A stretch of 64,000 bases of DNA from Squalus acanthias (taxonomy: Eukaryota), in contig CM059432.1 in the NCBI GenBank assembly GCA_030390025.1, positions 80,106,001 to 80,170,000 on the forward strand. The letters run 5' to 3'. The notes under the pieces are model-generated. The model ran no database searches, had not been told where the DNA came from, and saw nothing but the letters and a program-made list of their open reading frames with translations. The position numbers were made by a program, and so were the translations under genes. Shown here one piece after another: positions 22,801-35,497 of this stretch (positions within the stretch are counted from its first letter, which is position 1; every line of letters begins with the position of its first letter).

Positions 22801-24159
22801 CTCCTCATCCTTCTAGACCTGTCTGTAGCCTTTGATACGGTCAACCACAAACTGCCCAAGCCCACGCTGCAGTCTGTAGCCGGGCCGTTAAGACCCAGAG
22901 CTGTTCGAGGTCGCCCACCATGGCAATCTGAAGTGTCCTCATGGAAGCTCATTAGCTTTCCACCTCCCAAGCTGTAGCCACTGGGAATACACAATGTAGG
23001 ACCGCTAGGATAGGTAATCGAGCACACAAACTAGGCACTAGAGTGTTGCACAAAGTTGATTCTTCATTATTCCAGTTTAACGTTTACTCAAATCTGAAGT
23101 GAGTTACTGAAGTAAAGTTTCTGTTTTCTGGATTTGGCTTTGGTGCTCTTATTTGTAGACAGTTGAGAGCAAGACATACGAGGCTGGACTGAAGGAAAGC
23201 AATTGGATGGTGGTGATAAGGATGGTGGTGAAAAGGATTGCAAGATTGTTGGTATATTGGGGTTTGGAGCGATGATTCATGTGAAGCGCACTTGGATGAG
23301 TTGCTCTCTGAGAGCTCTGGCAGCTAGGGGCACTGGTGGTCGATGCTGCTCGTGCTCTTCCTTCTCCCAGCGGATTGGAAAGTAGCAAATATAACACCGC
23401 TATTCAAGAGAGGAGGGAGAGAGAAAACAGGGAACTACAGGCCAGTTAGCCTGACATCAGTCGCCGGGAAAATGCTGGAATCCATTGTTAAGGAAGTGGT
23501 ATCAGGGCACTTAGAAAATCATAACATGATTAGGCAGAGTCAACATGGTTTTATGAAAGGGAAATTGTGTTTGACAAATCTGCTAGAGTTTTTTGAGGAT
23601 GTTACGAGCAGGGTAGATAAAGGAGAACCAGAGGATGTAGTATATTTGGATTTCCAAAAGACATTCGATAAGGTGCCACATAAAAGGTTATTACACAAGA
23701 TAAGGACTCATGGGGTTGGGGGTAATATAGTAGCATGGATAGAGGATTGGTTAACAGACAGAAAACAGAGAGTAGGGATAAACGGGTCTTTTTCAGGTTG
23801 GCAGGCTGTAACTAGTGGGGTGCTGCAAGGATCAGTGTTGGGGCCTCAGCTATTTACAATCTATATTAATGACCTAGATGAAGGGACTGAATGTAATGTA
23901 TCCAAGTTTGCTGATGATACAAAGCTAGGTGGGACAGCAAGCTGTGAGGAGAACACAAAGAGTCTGCAAAGGGATATAGACAGACAAAGTGAGTGGGCAG
24001 TAAGGTGGCAGATGGAGTATAATGTAGGGAAATGTGAGGTTATTCATTTTGGTAGGAAGAATAGAAAAACAGAATATTTTTTAAATAGTGAGAAACTTTT
24101 AAATGTTGGTGTTCAGAGAGATTTGGGTGTCCTCGTGCAAGAAACACAGAAAGTTAGCA

Positions 24160-24517
24160 CAAAAGCAAAATACTGCGGATGCTGGAAATCTGAAATAAAA
24201 ACAGAAAATGCTGGAAATACTCAGCAGGTCAGGCAGCATCTGTGGAGAGAGAAACAGAGTTAACGTTTCAGGTCGATGACCCTTCATCAGAAGTGGAAAT
24301 AGTTGGAGATGGAACAGGTTTTTAAGCAAGTGCAGGAGCAGGGAAAGAGGGGAGTGGAGGAAAGAACAAAACGGAAGGTCTGTGATAGGATGGAAGGCAG
24401 GAGAGAGTAAGAGACATTAAGAGAGATTAAGAGATGGTGCAAGGCAAAAGGAGATGGTAATGGGACAAGTTAAGAAACAAGAGATGGCTCTAGATGAAGT
24501 GTAAATGGCACTGGCAG
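24160..24517 (-). mobile_element. Penelope-like terminal repeat fragment with hammerhead motif (24258-24294)
   Basis: The minus strand reads CTGATGA-A-GGGTC-ATC-GACCT-GAAAC-GTT-AACT. Homologous to 45860-46175. Confidence 0.72.
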
Positions 24518-24803
24518 AATGTGGTACTTTGTCAAACGCCTTCCGAAAATCCATGTAGACAACATCCATTGCATTCCCTTCATCAATCCTCTCTGTTACT
24601 TCATCAAAAAATTCAATTAGATTAGTCAAACACGATCTGCCTTTTACAAATCCATGTTGGCTCTCCTTAATAAGCTTAAACCTCTCCAGCTCCCCGTTAA
24701 TTTTTTCCTTGATTATTGTTTCTAAAACTTTACCCACCACTGATGTTAAACTGACTGGCCTGTAGTTACTAGGATTGTTCTTACACCCTTTCTTAAACAA
24801 TGG

Positions 24804-24947
24804 ACATGATGCGGAGATGCCGGCGTTGGACTGGGGTGGACAAAAATGAGAAGTCGCACAACACCAGGTTATAGTCCAACAGATTTATTTAAAATTACAA
24901 GCTTTCGGAGCTATCGATCACCCCTTCTTCAGGTAAAGTTCTTCAGG
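24804..24947 (-). mobile_element. 144-bp retroposed insertion headed by a hammerhead motif (family 2)
   Basis: 10-bp TSD TAAACAATGG at 24794-24803 and 24948-24957, inside CR1 VTPLFKKG. Confidence 0.85.
24895..24936 (-). ncRNA. Minimal type I hammerhead ribozyme motif (family 2)
   Basis: Minus strand TTAC-CTGAAGA-A-GGGG-TGATCGATAG-CTCC-GAAAG-CTT-GTAA: core, stem II, stem I TTAC/GTAA and palindromic AGCT. Confidence 0.72.
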
Positions 24948-26996
24948 TAAACAATGGTGTCACATTTGCCACTTTCCAATCCTCAGGCACCTCCCCCGCA
25001 TCTAGGGAAGATTGGAAAATTATGGCAAGCCCATCCGCCATCTCCTCCCCCAATTCCCTTAGCAACCTGGGATGCAAGCCATCTGGGCCAGGTGACTTGT
25101 CCACTCTAAGCATACCCAGCCTTTCTAGTACATCCTGTCTATCAATTGTCACCCCTTCCATTGCTTCTACCTTTTCCACTTCTACCGATATTTTGTCAGC
25201 ATCCACCTCCTAAGTAAACACCGATACAAAGTACTCATTGAGTATCTAGCCTTGCCCTGCTCCTCTAGGCATATATCACCTTCTTTGTCTCTAATAGGCC
25301 CCACCCCGCCTCTTACTACCCGCTTACTGTTTACATGCCGGTAGAAGATTTTTGGGTTCCCTTTTATGTTAACCACCATTCTACTCTCATATTCACTCTT
25401 TGCCAATCTTATTTTCATCTTCACATCCCCTCTCAACTTATTGTATTTGGTCTGGTTCTCCCTTGAAGAATTCACCTGACATGCATTTGCACCCTCTTTT
25501 TTTGTTTCATCATCTTCTCTATCTCCCTCGTCATCCAAGGAGCCCTTGCTTTGGTTCCCTTACTCTTACCTCTTGTTGGAATGTACCTAGCCTGTACTTG
25601 GAACATCTCCTCCTTAAAGATCACCCATTGTTCTGTTACAGTTTTAACTGTCAGTCTTTGGATCCATTTTACCCTGGCTAGATCCTATCGCATCCCATTG
25701 AAGTTAGCCCTATTCCAGTTTAGAAGTTCCACTCTAGATTGTTCCTTGCTCCTCTCCTTTGCTAATCTAAATCTTATGATACGATGATCACTCATACCCA
25801 AGTGTTCTCCCATAGACACTTGGTCGACCTGGCCCACCTCATTCCCAATCACCAGATCCAGCAATGCCTCCTTCCTAGTTGGGCCAAGAACATATTGGTC
25901 AAGGAAATTCTCCCGAACACATTTCAGAAATTTCTCCCCCTCCTTTCCCTTTACCCTAGCATTATCCCAATCGATATTTGGGTAATTAAAGTCCCCCAAT
26001 ATCACCACTCTATAGCTCTTGCATATCTCTGCGATTTCCCTGCAGATTTGCTCCTCTACCTCCCTCTCACTATTTGGAGGCCTATAGAATACCCCCAATA
26101 GCGTGATTGTATCCTTTTTGCTTCTCATCTCTAACCAAATGGATTCTGTCCTTGTCCCCTCAAGAACATCCTCCCTTTTCAACACTACAATGTCTTCCTT
26201 AATCAGCACTGCCACCCCACCTCCTTTTTTTCCTTCCCTATCTTTTCTGAACACCTTGTACCCTTGAATATTAAGTGCCCAGTCCTCACCGTTTTTAAGC
26301 CACTTTTCCGTTATTCCCACACAACTAATTGTGCTTGTAGCTCACCAACCTTATTCACCATACTTTGTGCGTTTACGTACATGCATTCTAAACCCATTTT
26401 TGAATTTTTCATCGTCGTCTTTCTTAGTCTGCTCCTATCTAATATGGTACTACTACTGCCTCTAGTACTATCTTCTCTCGTACTATCCAACACACTCACT
26501 CTTTTATGCACCTTATTCCTCTTTTCTACTCCTATCTGCTGGTACCCATCCCCCTACCAAGCTAGTTTAAACCCTCCCCAACAGCACTGACAAACCTCCC
26601 CGTGAGAATATTGGTCTCGGCTCTGTTGAGGTGTAACCCGTCCGGCTTGTATAGGTCCCACCTTTCCCAGAAACGGTCCCAATGCCTCAGGAATCTAAAG
26701 CCCTCCCTCCTGCACCATCTCTCCAGCCATGCATTCATCTGTTCTATCTTCCTATTCCTGTACTCACGAGCACGTGGCACCTGGAGTAATCCGGAGTTTA
26801 CTACCTTTGAGGTCCTGCTTTTTAATCTGTCTCCTAGCTCCCTAAACTCTGCCTGCAGGACCTCATCCCTCTTTCTGCCTATGTCGTTGGTACCGATATG
26901 GACAACGACCTCTGGCTGTTCACCCTTCCCCCTCAGAGTGTCCTGCAGCCGCTCAGTGACATCCTTGACGCTGGCCCCAGGGTGGCAACGTACCAT

Positions 26997-27198
26997 TGCC
27001 TGAGCTTCGGTAGCGTTCTAAGGTAGCGCCTCGCTCCCTGACGTTTGCGCCTTAAGAGAAGTGTGTAGTGCCTGATTTAACGCTCAAATCACCTCCAGAG
27101 GCGAATTTTAGTCGGAGGCGAGAATTAGCGCCGGGTGCTAAACTTTGCGCCCAGCCGATATTAGCGCCCCAAAATGGGCAATACCCAATTTCTCCCCC
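26997..27198. mobile_element. One-ended fragment of the Harbinger C-related MITE family
   Basis: Aligns by eye to 8830-9038 and ends in CCAATTTCTCCCCC. Confidence 0.82.
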
Positions 27199-30100
27199 CG
27201 GAAGTTTTGTTACAATTGTACAGGGCCTTGGTGAGACCACACCTGGAGTACTGTGCACAGTTTTGGCCTCCTTATCTAAGGAAGGATATACTTGCCTTGG
27301 AGGTGGTGCAACGAAGCTTCACTGGATTGATTCCTGGGATGAGAGGGCTGTCCTATGATGAGAGATTGTGTACAGTGGGCCTATACTTTCTGGGGTTTAG
27401 AAGAATGACAGATGATCTCATTGAAACATTCAAGATTCTGAAGGGGATTGACAGGATAGATGCTGAAAGGTTATTTCCCCTGGCTCCAGTGTCTAGAACT
27501 AGGGAACATAGTCTCAGGATAAGGGGTAGGCCATTTAAGACCGAGATGAGGAGGAATTTCTTCACTCAGATGGTTGTGAATCTTTGGAATTCGCTGCCCC
27601 AGAGGGCTGTGAATGCTGAGTCTTTGAGTATATTCAAGGCTGAGATAGATAGATTTTTGGACTCCAGGGGAATCAAGGGATATAAAGTTCGAGCGGGAAA
27701 GTGGAGTTGAGGTCGATGATCAGCCATGATCTTATTGAATGGCGGAGCAGGCTCGAGGGACCGTCTGGCCTCCTATTTCTTATGTTTTTATGTTCCTCCT
27801 TCTCCATTTCTTGCTGCTCAGGTGGTGGTAAGGGTTGGTCCCTAAGTAAAGTGAAGTTATGCTGCATGTAGCACATGACTACAAATCTGGAAACACGTTC
27901 AGGGGTGTACTGCAGAGCACTTCCCGAACAGTCCAGACAGCAGAAGCGCTGCGTAATTAATTAAATAGTCGCTCATTTATACTTCTGGTGGTGGCATTGC
28001 AGGCATGTTCTGCGTCTGTGCTCAAGTTCTTGACAGGAGTCATGAGTCGTATTCAGAAGGGATATCCCTTGTTGCCAAATAGCCAACCTATAACCTGACG
28101 GCTTAGTTGGGATAAAGGCGGCACAGATGACTGGCACAGGATGAATGAATCATGACTATTGCCAACAAACTGGGCTCAGACCTGCATGATACGCTGCCTG
28201 TGATCTCAAACAAGCTGCACATTCAGGGAATGGTATCCCTTTCTATTAAGAAAGATGCCAGGCTGATGATGGGGAGCATGCCGTGCAATGTGGGTGAAAT
28301 CTATGGCACCTTAGACCCTGCGGAATCTTGTAACGTGGGCAAAGCCTGGTGCTATCTTGTCCTGCTTCGCTCTGTCCATGGGGAATGTGATGTGGGTGTT
28401 CCTCCTAGTGTATAGACCCTCGGTCACCTCTCTGATATAGCGGTGCACAGCAAACTGCGATATGTTGCTGATGCTACATGTTGCAACATGGAACAACGCT
28501 GTGGCGTAAAAGTTAAGAGTCACGGTGTCCTTGGCAGCCACAGGCAGTGCTGTCCATGCCCTGTTTTGGGCTCCAGTTGTGGTTGCAGCAAGTGACGTAG
28601 CTCAGTGACAGTGAAGCGGAATCGCTTTACACATTACTCCTCAGGAAAGTTGAGGTATGAGAAGTGCTCCCTGAAGACCTGCTGTGGGTATAGCCTCCTG
28701 CACAGTGCCCTCCTACTCTCTCTTGTCCCAGCTGCTCCTGCTTTCTCCTGTCTTCTTTGCTACTCCCCATCCCCCTCCAGCCCCAAAGACAACCCGACCA
28801 AACCACCCATCACTGGAATAAACTGTTTCCAAAGCAGACAAACACACCAGCACAAAGATGTTCCCAGAAGTTAACAAGCAACCTAAGAAGTCAAACTAGC
28901 AACTAACCTGTATGGAGGAAATGAGCTCTTTAAATCGTGCTCCTGCAGGGTCCTTGCGAACTGTTAGCACCATGTGTTGCCCGGTGAGTCTATCATGTGA
29001 CAAGTCGGGCGTTGGGGCAGACTAATTCACAAAAGGGTCCTACAAGCAACGTAGGACTCTCACTTACATGTTATAACGAGCTTCCTAAATCGTTCTGATA
29101 TGCGCCCTGGACGCTTATGGAGCAGCCCGATCCAATATGATGGACGGTGCACTTCAAGCATGGAGCGGGCACGCATCACGCTGCCTGCCATATTGAACCC
29201 TTAGGCACCCTTTTTAGTCCTTAAAAACATGATCGAATTTGTAGACCATTATATTTATTCAAGAAAACACATGCCAATTGAAAACAAATTTATTGAGAGA
29301 AAAATACATCTTAAAGTTTATCACAGGATTTTCCTTGAAATTAGACTTGCAGGCATTAGTGTACATCCTTTTAATGACAGAAACATAGATAGTCTTAGCA
29401 TGTCAGGAATGTTTGAACCACTCGTAGCCAGCCAGCCCATTTTTTTCTCATGCCACTCATGAGGCCAGTATATTATAGAAGAGATGCACATGGCTAGAAT
29501 TGGACACTCAGAGGAACTTTGATTAGGAGAAGACAAAAATATTTGGCTGTTGGGAAGTGGCTAAAGCACTTTTGACATGTGTTAACATCATCTATGTTCA
29601 CATAATATGCAGGGATATGTTACTGCCAAGCTCTGATTAAAAGATTAGTGTATACTGATGCCCACAAGTATATTTTCAAGGGAAACCTCTTGAAGGTCAC
29701 CTGATTGATCTGTTGTAAGTGAGAAAGCAGGAGGAAGCTTTTCAAACATATGGATGCACATTTTGTGGCTGAAAGGGGAAAATTAGAAATTCATCAGGAA
29801 AGTGGGAATTAGAATTTTGAAATGAGTTGGTAACAATATAAATGATTGAAAGGAATGTTGAACAAATGGAATGAGGCACTGAGGATTGAGAGGCAACAAG
29901 CATGAAGGCCAACAGGGGAATTATGAATGGGAGGAGACATGAGGGGGATCAGAACCATCAGGACAAAGAACACCAAGAATGAGGGAACATAATATTCATC
30001 AAAACCATTATCTTTTTTCTTTAGTGAATAAAATTCCAGCGTTCAGATAATGTATTCTGTTAACCATGAAAACTCATCATGCCTTCTCTCCTCGGAGTTC

Positions 30101-30718
30101 ACTACCTTCCTGTCCTCCCTTAACCTCTCCCTCCATATAAATTTGCCTACCCATATTCACAGCCACCCTCTCGACCTTGCCATCTCACGTGGCCTCGCTA
30201 CTCCCATTGTGTCAATCACAAATATGCCCATCTCTAATCACTTCCTTATATCCCTCTCCACTCACATACCCCATCCCCTCCCAACCCCGTTTCCTTCTGT
30301 GTCCGCCCCTGGAAGAAACACTCCCCCAATTCACTTACAACGGCATTTTCAAACTCCCAACTAACTAGCCTTTCGCCGTCCAACTGCTCAATCACACCCT
30401 CACCTCCACCTTTGAAACCCTTGTAGTTGAAAAATAGGAGGGGGCCAAGGATAGATCCTTGGGGGACTCCAGAGGTAATGGTGCGGGAGTGGGAAGAGAA
30501 GCCATTGCAGGTGATTCTCTGGCTATGACTGGATAGATAAGAATGGAACCAGACGAGGGCAGTCCCACCCAGCTGGATGACGGAGGAGAGTCGTTGAAGG
30601 AGGATGGTGTGTTCAACCGTGTCAAAGGCTGCAGACATGTTGAGAAAGATGAGGAGGGATAGTTTACCATGGTGACAGACGCATAGAATGTAATTTGTGA
30701 CTTTGATAAGGCCATTTC

Positions 30719-32149
30719 ATAGAAACATAGAAAAATAGGAGCAGGAGTTGGCCATTCGGCCCTTCGAGCCTGCTCCGCCATTCAATATGATCATGGCTGA
30801 TCCTCTATCTCAATACCATATTCCCGTGCTCTCCCCATACCCCTTGATGCCTTTTGCATCTAGAAATCTATCTATCTCCTTCTTAAATATATTCAGTGAC
30901 TTGGCCTCCACAGCCTTCTGTGGTAGAGAATTCCACAGGTTCACTACCCTCTGAGTGAAGAAATTTCTCCTCATCTCAGTCCTAAATGCCCTACCCCATA
31001 TCCTGAGACTGTGACCCCTCGTTCTAGACCCCCCAGCCAGGGGAAACATCCGACCTGCAGCCAGTCTGTCTAGCCCTGTCAGAATTTTATACATTTCAAT
31101 GAGATCCCCTCTCATTCTTCTAAACTCTAGTAAATACAGGCCTAGTCGACCCAATCTCTCCTCATACGACAGTCCTGCCATCCCAGGAATCAGTCTGGTG
31201 AACCTTTGTTGCACTCCCTCTATGGCAAGTATATCCTTTCTTAGGTAAGGAGACCAAAACTGCACACAGTACTTCAGGTGTGGTCTCACCAAGGCCCTGT
31301 ATAACTGTAGTAAGACATCCTTGCTCCTGTACTCAAATCCTCTTGCAATGAAGGCCAACATACCATTTACCTTCCTAACTGCTGGCTGCACCTGCATGTT
31401 TGCTTTCAGTGACTGGTGTACAAGGACACCCAGGTCCCTTTGTACATCAACATTTCCCAATCTATCACCATTTAAATAATACTCTGCCTTTCTGTTTTTC
31501 CTACCGAAGTGGATAACTTCACATTTATCCACGTTATTTTGCATCTGCCATGTATTTGCCCACTCACTCAACTTGTCTAAATTGCCTTGAAGCCTCTTTG
31601 CATCCTCCTCACAACTCACAATCCCACCTAGTTTTGAGTCGTCAGCAAACTTAGAAATATTACATTTGGTTCCCTCATCCAAATCATTGATATATATTGT
31701 GAATAGCTGGGGCCCAAGCACTGATCCCTGCGGTACCTCACTAGTCACCGCCTACCACCCCGAAAAAGACCCATTTATTCCTACTCTCTGTTTCCTGTCT
31801 GTTAACCAATTTTCAATCCATGCCAGTATATTACCCCAATCCCATGTGCTTTAATTTTGCACACTAACCTCTTATGTGGGACTTTATCAAAGGCCTTCTG
31901 AAAATCCAAATACACCACATCCACTGGTTCTCCCTTATCTATTCTACCAGTTACATCCTCAAAAAACTCCAGTAGGTTTGTCAAACACGATTTCCCTTTC
32001 ATAAATCTATGTTGACTTTGACTAATCCCGTTGATATTTTCTAAGTGTCCTGTTATCACATCCTTTATAATAGACTCTAGCATTTTCCCTACTACTGATG
32101 TTAGGCTAACCGGTCTGCAGTTCCCTATTTTCTCTCCCTCCTTTTTTAA
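30719..32149 (-). mobile_element. 5'-truncated CR1 nested in L2
   Basis: ORF 30810-31748 is the RT C-terminal half, followed by the 3' hairpin and a TTTCTATG tail. Confidence 0.93.
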
Positions 32150-32356
32150 ACAGAGCTGTGGAAGGGGCGGAAACCTGATTGGGGGGATTCAATGATAGTT
32201 TCAGATAATTGGGCATGGATTTGGGAGGCGACAAGACTTTCAAGGATTTGGGAGAGGAAAGGGAGGTTGAAGATTGGGCAGTAGTTTGCAAGGACAGAGG
32301 GGTCAAGGGTGGGTTTTTTGAGAGGTGTGGTGGTGGCAGTTTTGAAGGGGAGGGAG

Positions 32357-32636
32357 GAAGAAACTTGTATTTATATAGCGCCTTTCGCGACCACCAGATG
32401 TCCCAAAGTGCTTTACAGCCAATGATGTACTTTTAAAGTGTAGTCACTGTTGTAATGTAAGAAACATGGCAGCTAATTTACACACAGCAAGCTCCCACAA
32501 ACAGCAATGTGATAATGACCAGATCATCTGTTTTTTGGGATAACTCCTCTGCTCTTCTTCAAAATAGTGCCATGGGATCTTTTACATTCACCTGAGAGAG
32601 CAGACGGTGCCTCAGTTTAACTTCTCATCTGAAAGG
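32357..32636 (-). mobile_element. Deu-domain SINE (SacSINE1-like) fragment
   Basis: Minus strand AAAAGATCCCATGGCACTATTTTGAAGAAGAGCAG core and an L2-like tail GGCGCTATATAAATACAAG. Family recognised from memory. Confidence 0.65.
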
Positions 32637-33000
32637 AGGTGGGGCTCAGGGACAAGATGAGCTTGGAGAGGGCATGAGGGGAGATAGGAGAGAAACTAGA
32701 GAAGGATATAAGTTCACGGCTAAGGCAGGGGGATCCTTAGGGGAGGTTTGACCCAGTAGACTAGGGGAAGGAAGCGTCAGAGGCAGCTGAATGGATGGTC
32801 TCAATCTTAGTAACATAGAAGTCCATAGCCTCCTCGCACTTGTTGTTTGAGTTGAGGGTGGAGGAGGCAGGGGAGCGGGGTTTAAGAAGACGGTTTGTAG
32901 TGGAGAAGAAAAGCCGGGGGTTATCTTTGCATTAATAGATTGTTTATCTCATTGTTGTTTGTGGGAAATTGCTTGCTACTATGTTTGTCTACATAACCCA

Positions 33001-33552
33001 TGTGGGTTTGTCGAAGTTTCGACTTCCGAGTAAGACTCTTGAAACAATATCGTCAAAGAAGGCTTTATTATTTACTTGCTTGCAAGGAGAATGCAACCGT
33101 AGTCAAATAGCTACGATGACACACTGAAAAATCACAGAAAATGGAACATTCTTATACACTGATTATACAAGCTTTCCATATCACATGACATGTTGTTTAA
33201 GGTAAGCTAAGTTAAAAGTAAAAAAAAACATAAGAAATGCCTTACGATGAGACTAGCTAATCTCTACAAAATGGAGTCTATCTATCTGTTCTTCTCCTCC
33301 CACCAAGGCCAAGGCACCTGGCTGTTTACTTCACTAGTCCTTGGTTATCTCAAGTTGATTAGAAGAAGCCTTTTTTTTCTCTGTACTAGCAGACTTTGCA
33401 GACCGCATAGTCTGCAAAGTTTAAATTCATCTCCATGAGAAACATAACAACTTTATCTTTTCCCAAACAAGTCAGAGTCGGACATTTTGTATCACTCTTT
33501 GTCTCTAGGAAGCCATTTTGTGTCCGAGACAAAAAATACACTTCCACATTTT
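33001..33552 (-). mobile_element. Possible solo LTR
   Basis: TGTGG...CCACA ends (33001/33548), AATAAA on the minus strand at ~33064-33069, and CCCA repeated on both sides (offset by 4 nt on the right). Confidence 0.35.
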
Positions 33553-33604
33553 CCCATAGTGACACCTTTTATTTGGAGGAAGTGAGTGGAGTCAAAGGAG
33601 AAGT

Positions 33605-33863
33605 TTTTAATCACTCCTGCCTTCAATCCTAGCACAGACCTTCCCTTTTGTTCTTTCATCCCCTCCTCCTCCCCACTTCTTTCCCTGCCTCTGTACTTGC
33701 TTAAAAACTGTTTAATCTCCAACTTCTTCCAGTTCTGACAAAAGGTCACCGACCTGAAATGTTAACCCTGTTTCTCTCTCCACAGATGCTGCCTGACTTG
33801 CTGAGTGTTTCCAGCATTTTCTGTTTTTATTTCAGATTTCCAGTTTCTGCAGTATTTTGCTTT
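33605..33863 (+). mobile_element. Penelope-like repeat fragment with decayed hammerhead (CTGACAA..GAAATGTT)
   Basis: Homologous to 45960-46175. Both core changes are at CpG sites. Confidence 0.7.
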
Positions 33864-34908
33864 CATTATATCAATATGTGCGCCTCTGTCAATATGATGT
33901 TGTAATAAACGTACAACTTCACTAATATTTAACAAGTCGCCATAATTTTCTGCCATGCTCTCCCAGCAGGCGTCACTCCCTGCTGCAAGTGTAGGGGTGT
34001 TGAATAGGTCCTTATGTCCAGTCAGCAAGCCAGCAGTGTCACTGCTGGAGTGGAAAGGCAGCCAAAAAAACTCTTAGAGAAGAGAGTGGTACAGTTCTTC
34101 AGCCTGGAGTGTTTGGAAAATGCATAGAATAAATTTGAAACCCTCTACTACTGAAGCTAATAATGATTTTTCTTTGAGTTCATTTTGTCTTATAAAACAT
34201 TTTGGTCAATTAGAAGATGAGAGAATCTATTATTAGAAACGTATAGTAAATCCTTATGGCATGCATTAAGTCATACAGTAAGACTTTACCAATAAATAAA
34301 TGTAAGCTGTTCTGCTGATGTTGACATAAAGCTATTGTGCTGCAGTTCAATAAAGTACATCTCTGCACAATATGAACCTGGATTATCCCATGTTCAAGAA
34401 CATGCAACCTTGTGCTACAAGCTACTCAAAACACAAGCATCACTGCAAGAAGCACCGGTACAGAGACTGAGCCGCACACACTTACATATGGTACTGAATC
34501 ACCACTATATGAGCACTCACCTTGCATAGAGGGCATAGTATTTTCACTACTAGAGTGGTGGAGAGATTAGTAAGGGTTATAGGTATTACAGGAATTAGGC
34601 ATCAGCAGAGGGGCAGGTGGATAAGGAGGTCTGCTGTTCTTCTATGTAAGAGTATTCAAGCAACATAGGTTATTCACATTACTGCTGGTCAGGAGCACAG
34701 TATGATGGATAAAAGTCACAAAATGTGGAACAGTGATGTATCAATGTGCGATAGGAAAATATTAAAATAAACTCATTCTAAATCAATTTTGAAATACATC
34801 TTTCAGACCAAGTCCAAGATTATTGTACAAGTCCTATATGCTTTTGTAGGTTCTTGATTATATAGAGGAAATTTTATAAAATTGCAATAGAATCATAAGT
34901 GACTCAGA

Positions 34909-35497
34909 GGGCTGGATTTTGATACTGGGGCGGGTTGGGGTCGTGTTATCCACTTTTCGTGTTATCCACCCGACTGCAATTGGATGTGGGAGATTGATGC
35001 AATTTTCACCTAATTGGGCAATTGAGTTCCAGCATGTGGGAACCCATGAACCAATTAGTGGTTTCAGTCTGAAAGTCGCCTCTGATGATGTCATCATTGC
35101 TGCTGCATTGCAGGTCAGAGACTGTCTGGCCTTTGCTGTGAGAGGACCTGGATGCAAAATGAGCAGCAGCTCTGAGAGAGAGAGAGAGAGAGAAATTTTT
35201 TTGCATCCAGGTTTCACAATCGTGGTTCAGAACAGGCGTGCTTCACGTAGATCAAGGGTTAAAATCACAAAGGCCTTTCAAAATGGCATTATAGAGCCAA
35301 TTTAGTGCTGGTTAAGGGTCTTAACAGCCTATCCCACCTCTTAAAGGCGGGACGGAGTCGGGACCAGCAGACACGATTTAATGAAAATTGCGTGGAGGCG
35401 GGATGGAGGTGGACTTGTGCCCGCCCGCCAGTTTTCGCAATTTTAACCCCCCACACGCCTCCAAACCCGCCTCCACGGGTCAATGAAAGTCCAGCCC
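34909..35497. mobile_element. Harbinger-type MITE, second copy of 9071-9757
   Basis: TIRs GGGCTGGATTTT / AAAGTCCAGCCC and TSD AGA. Differs from the first copy mainly in a central simple-sequence block. Confidence 0.92.

Larger units (their letters stand above)
24518..26996 (-). mobile_element. CR1 internal fragment (esterase, APE, N-terminal RT); same subfamily as 4519-10357
   Basis: ORFs 26562-26996, 25685-26320, 25182-25538, 24943-25206 and 24417-24800 are nearly identical to those at 5.3-7.6 kb. Confidence 0.92.
23368..27793 (+). mobile_element. 5'-truncated CR1 (RT 23368-24160 and 27199-27793) with nested insertions
   Basis: ORF 23343-24263 contains the RT (FADD). The 3' part is ORF 27174-27710 plus tail. 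Flanks TCTTCCTTCTCC / TCCTCCTTCTCC are a probable TSD. Confidence 0.85.
22853..29247. mobile_element. Older Harbinger relic D, split by nested CR1 insertions
   Basis: Myb gene 3' end ~22853-23060 (+). Transposase C-terminus ..ARALREQLIQVRFT* ~23278-23367 (-), remainder ~27793-28815 (-; TLNFYAT). Terminus GAATTTGTAGACC. Confidence 0.78.
30075..32935. mobile_element. L2-type LINE fragments (APE + ~30075-30420; RT - ~30425-30718 and ~32150-32935)
   Basis: PTHIHSHPLDLAI; SAAFDTVEH..GVPQGSILGPLLF; KKPTLDPSVLANY..PQSGFR. A related small RT piece lies at ~22710-22850. Confidence 0.75.

Noticed and set aside
34335..34529. Possible host exon
   Set aside because: Weak splice signals and no recognisable protein similarity.
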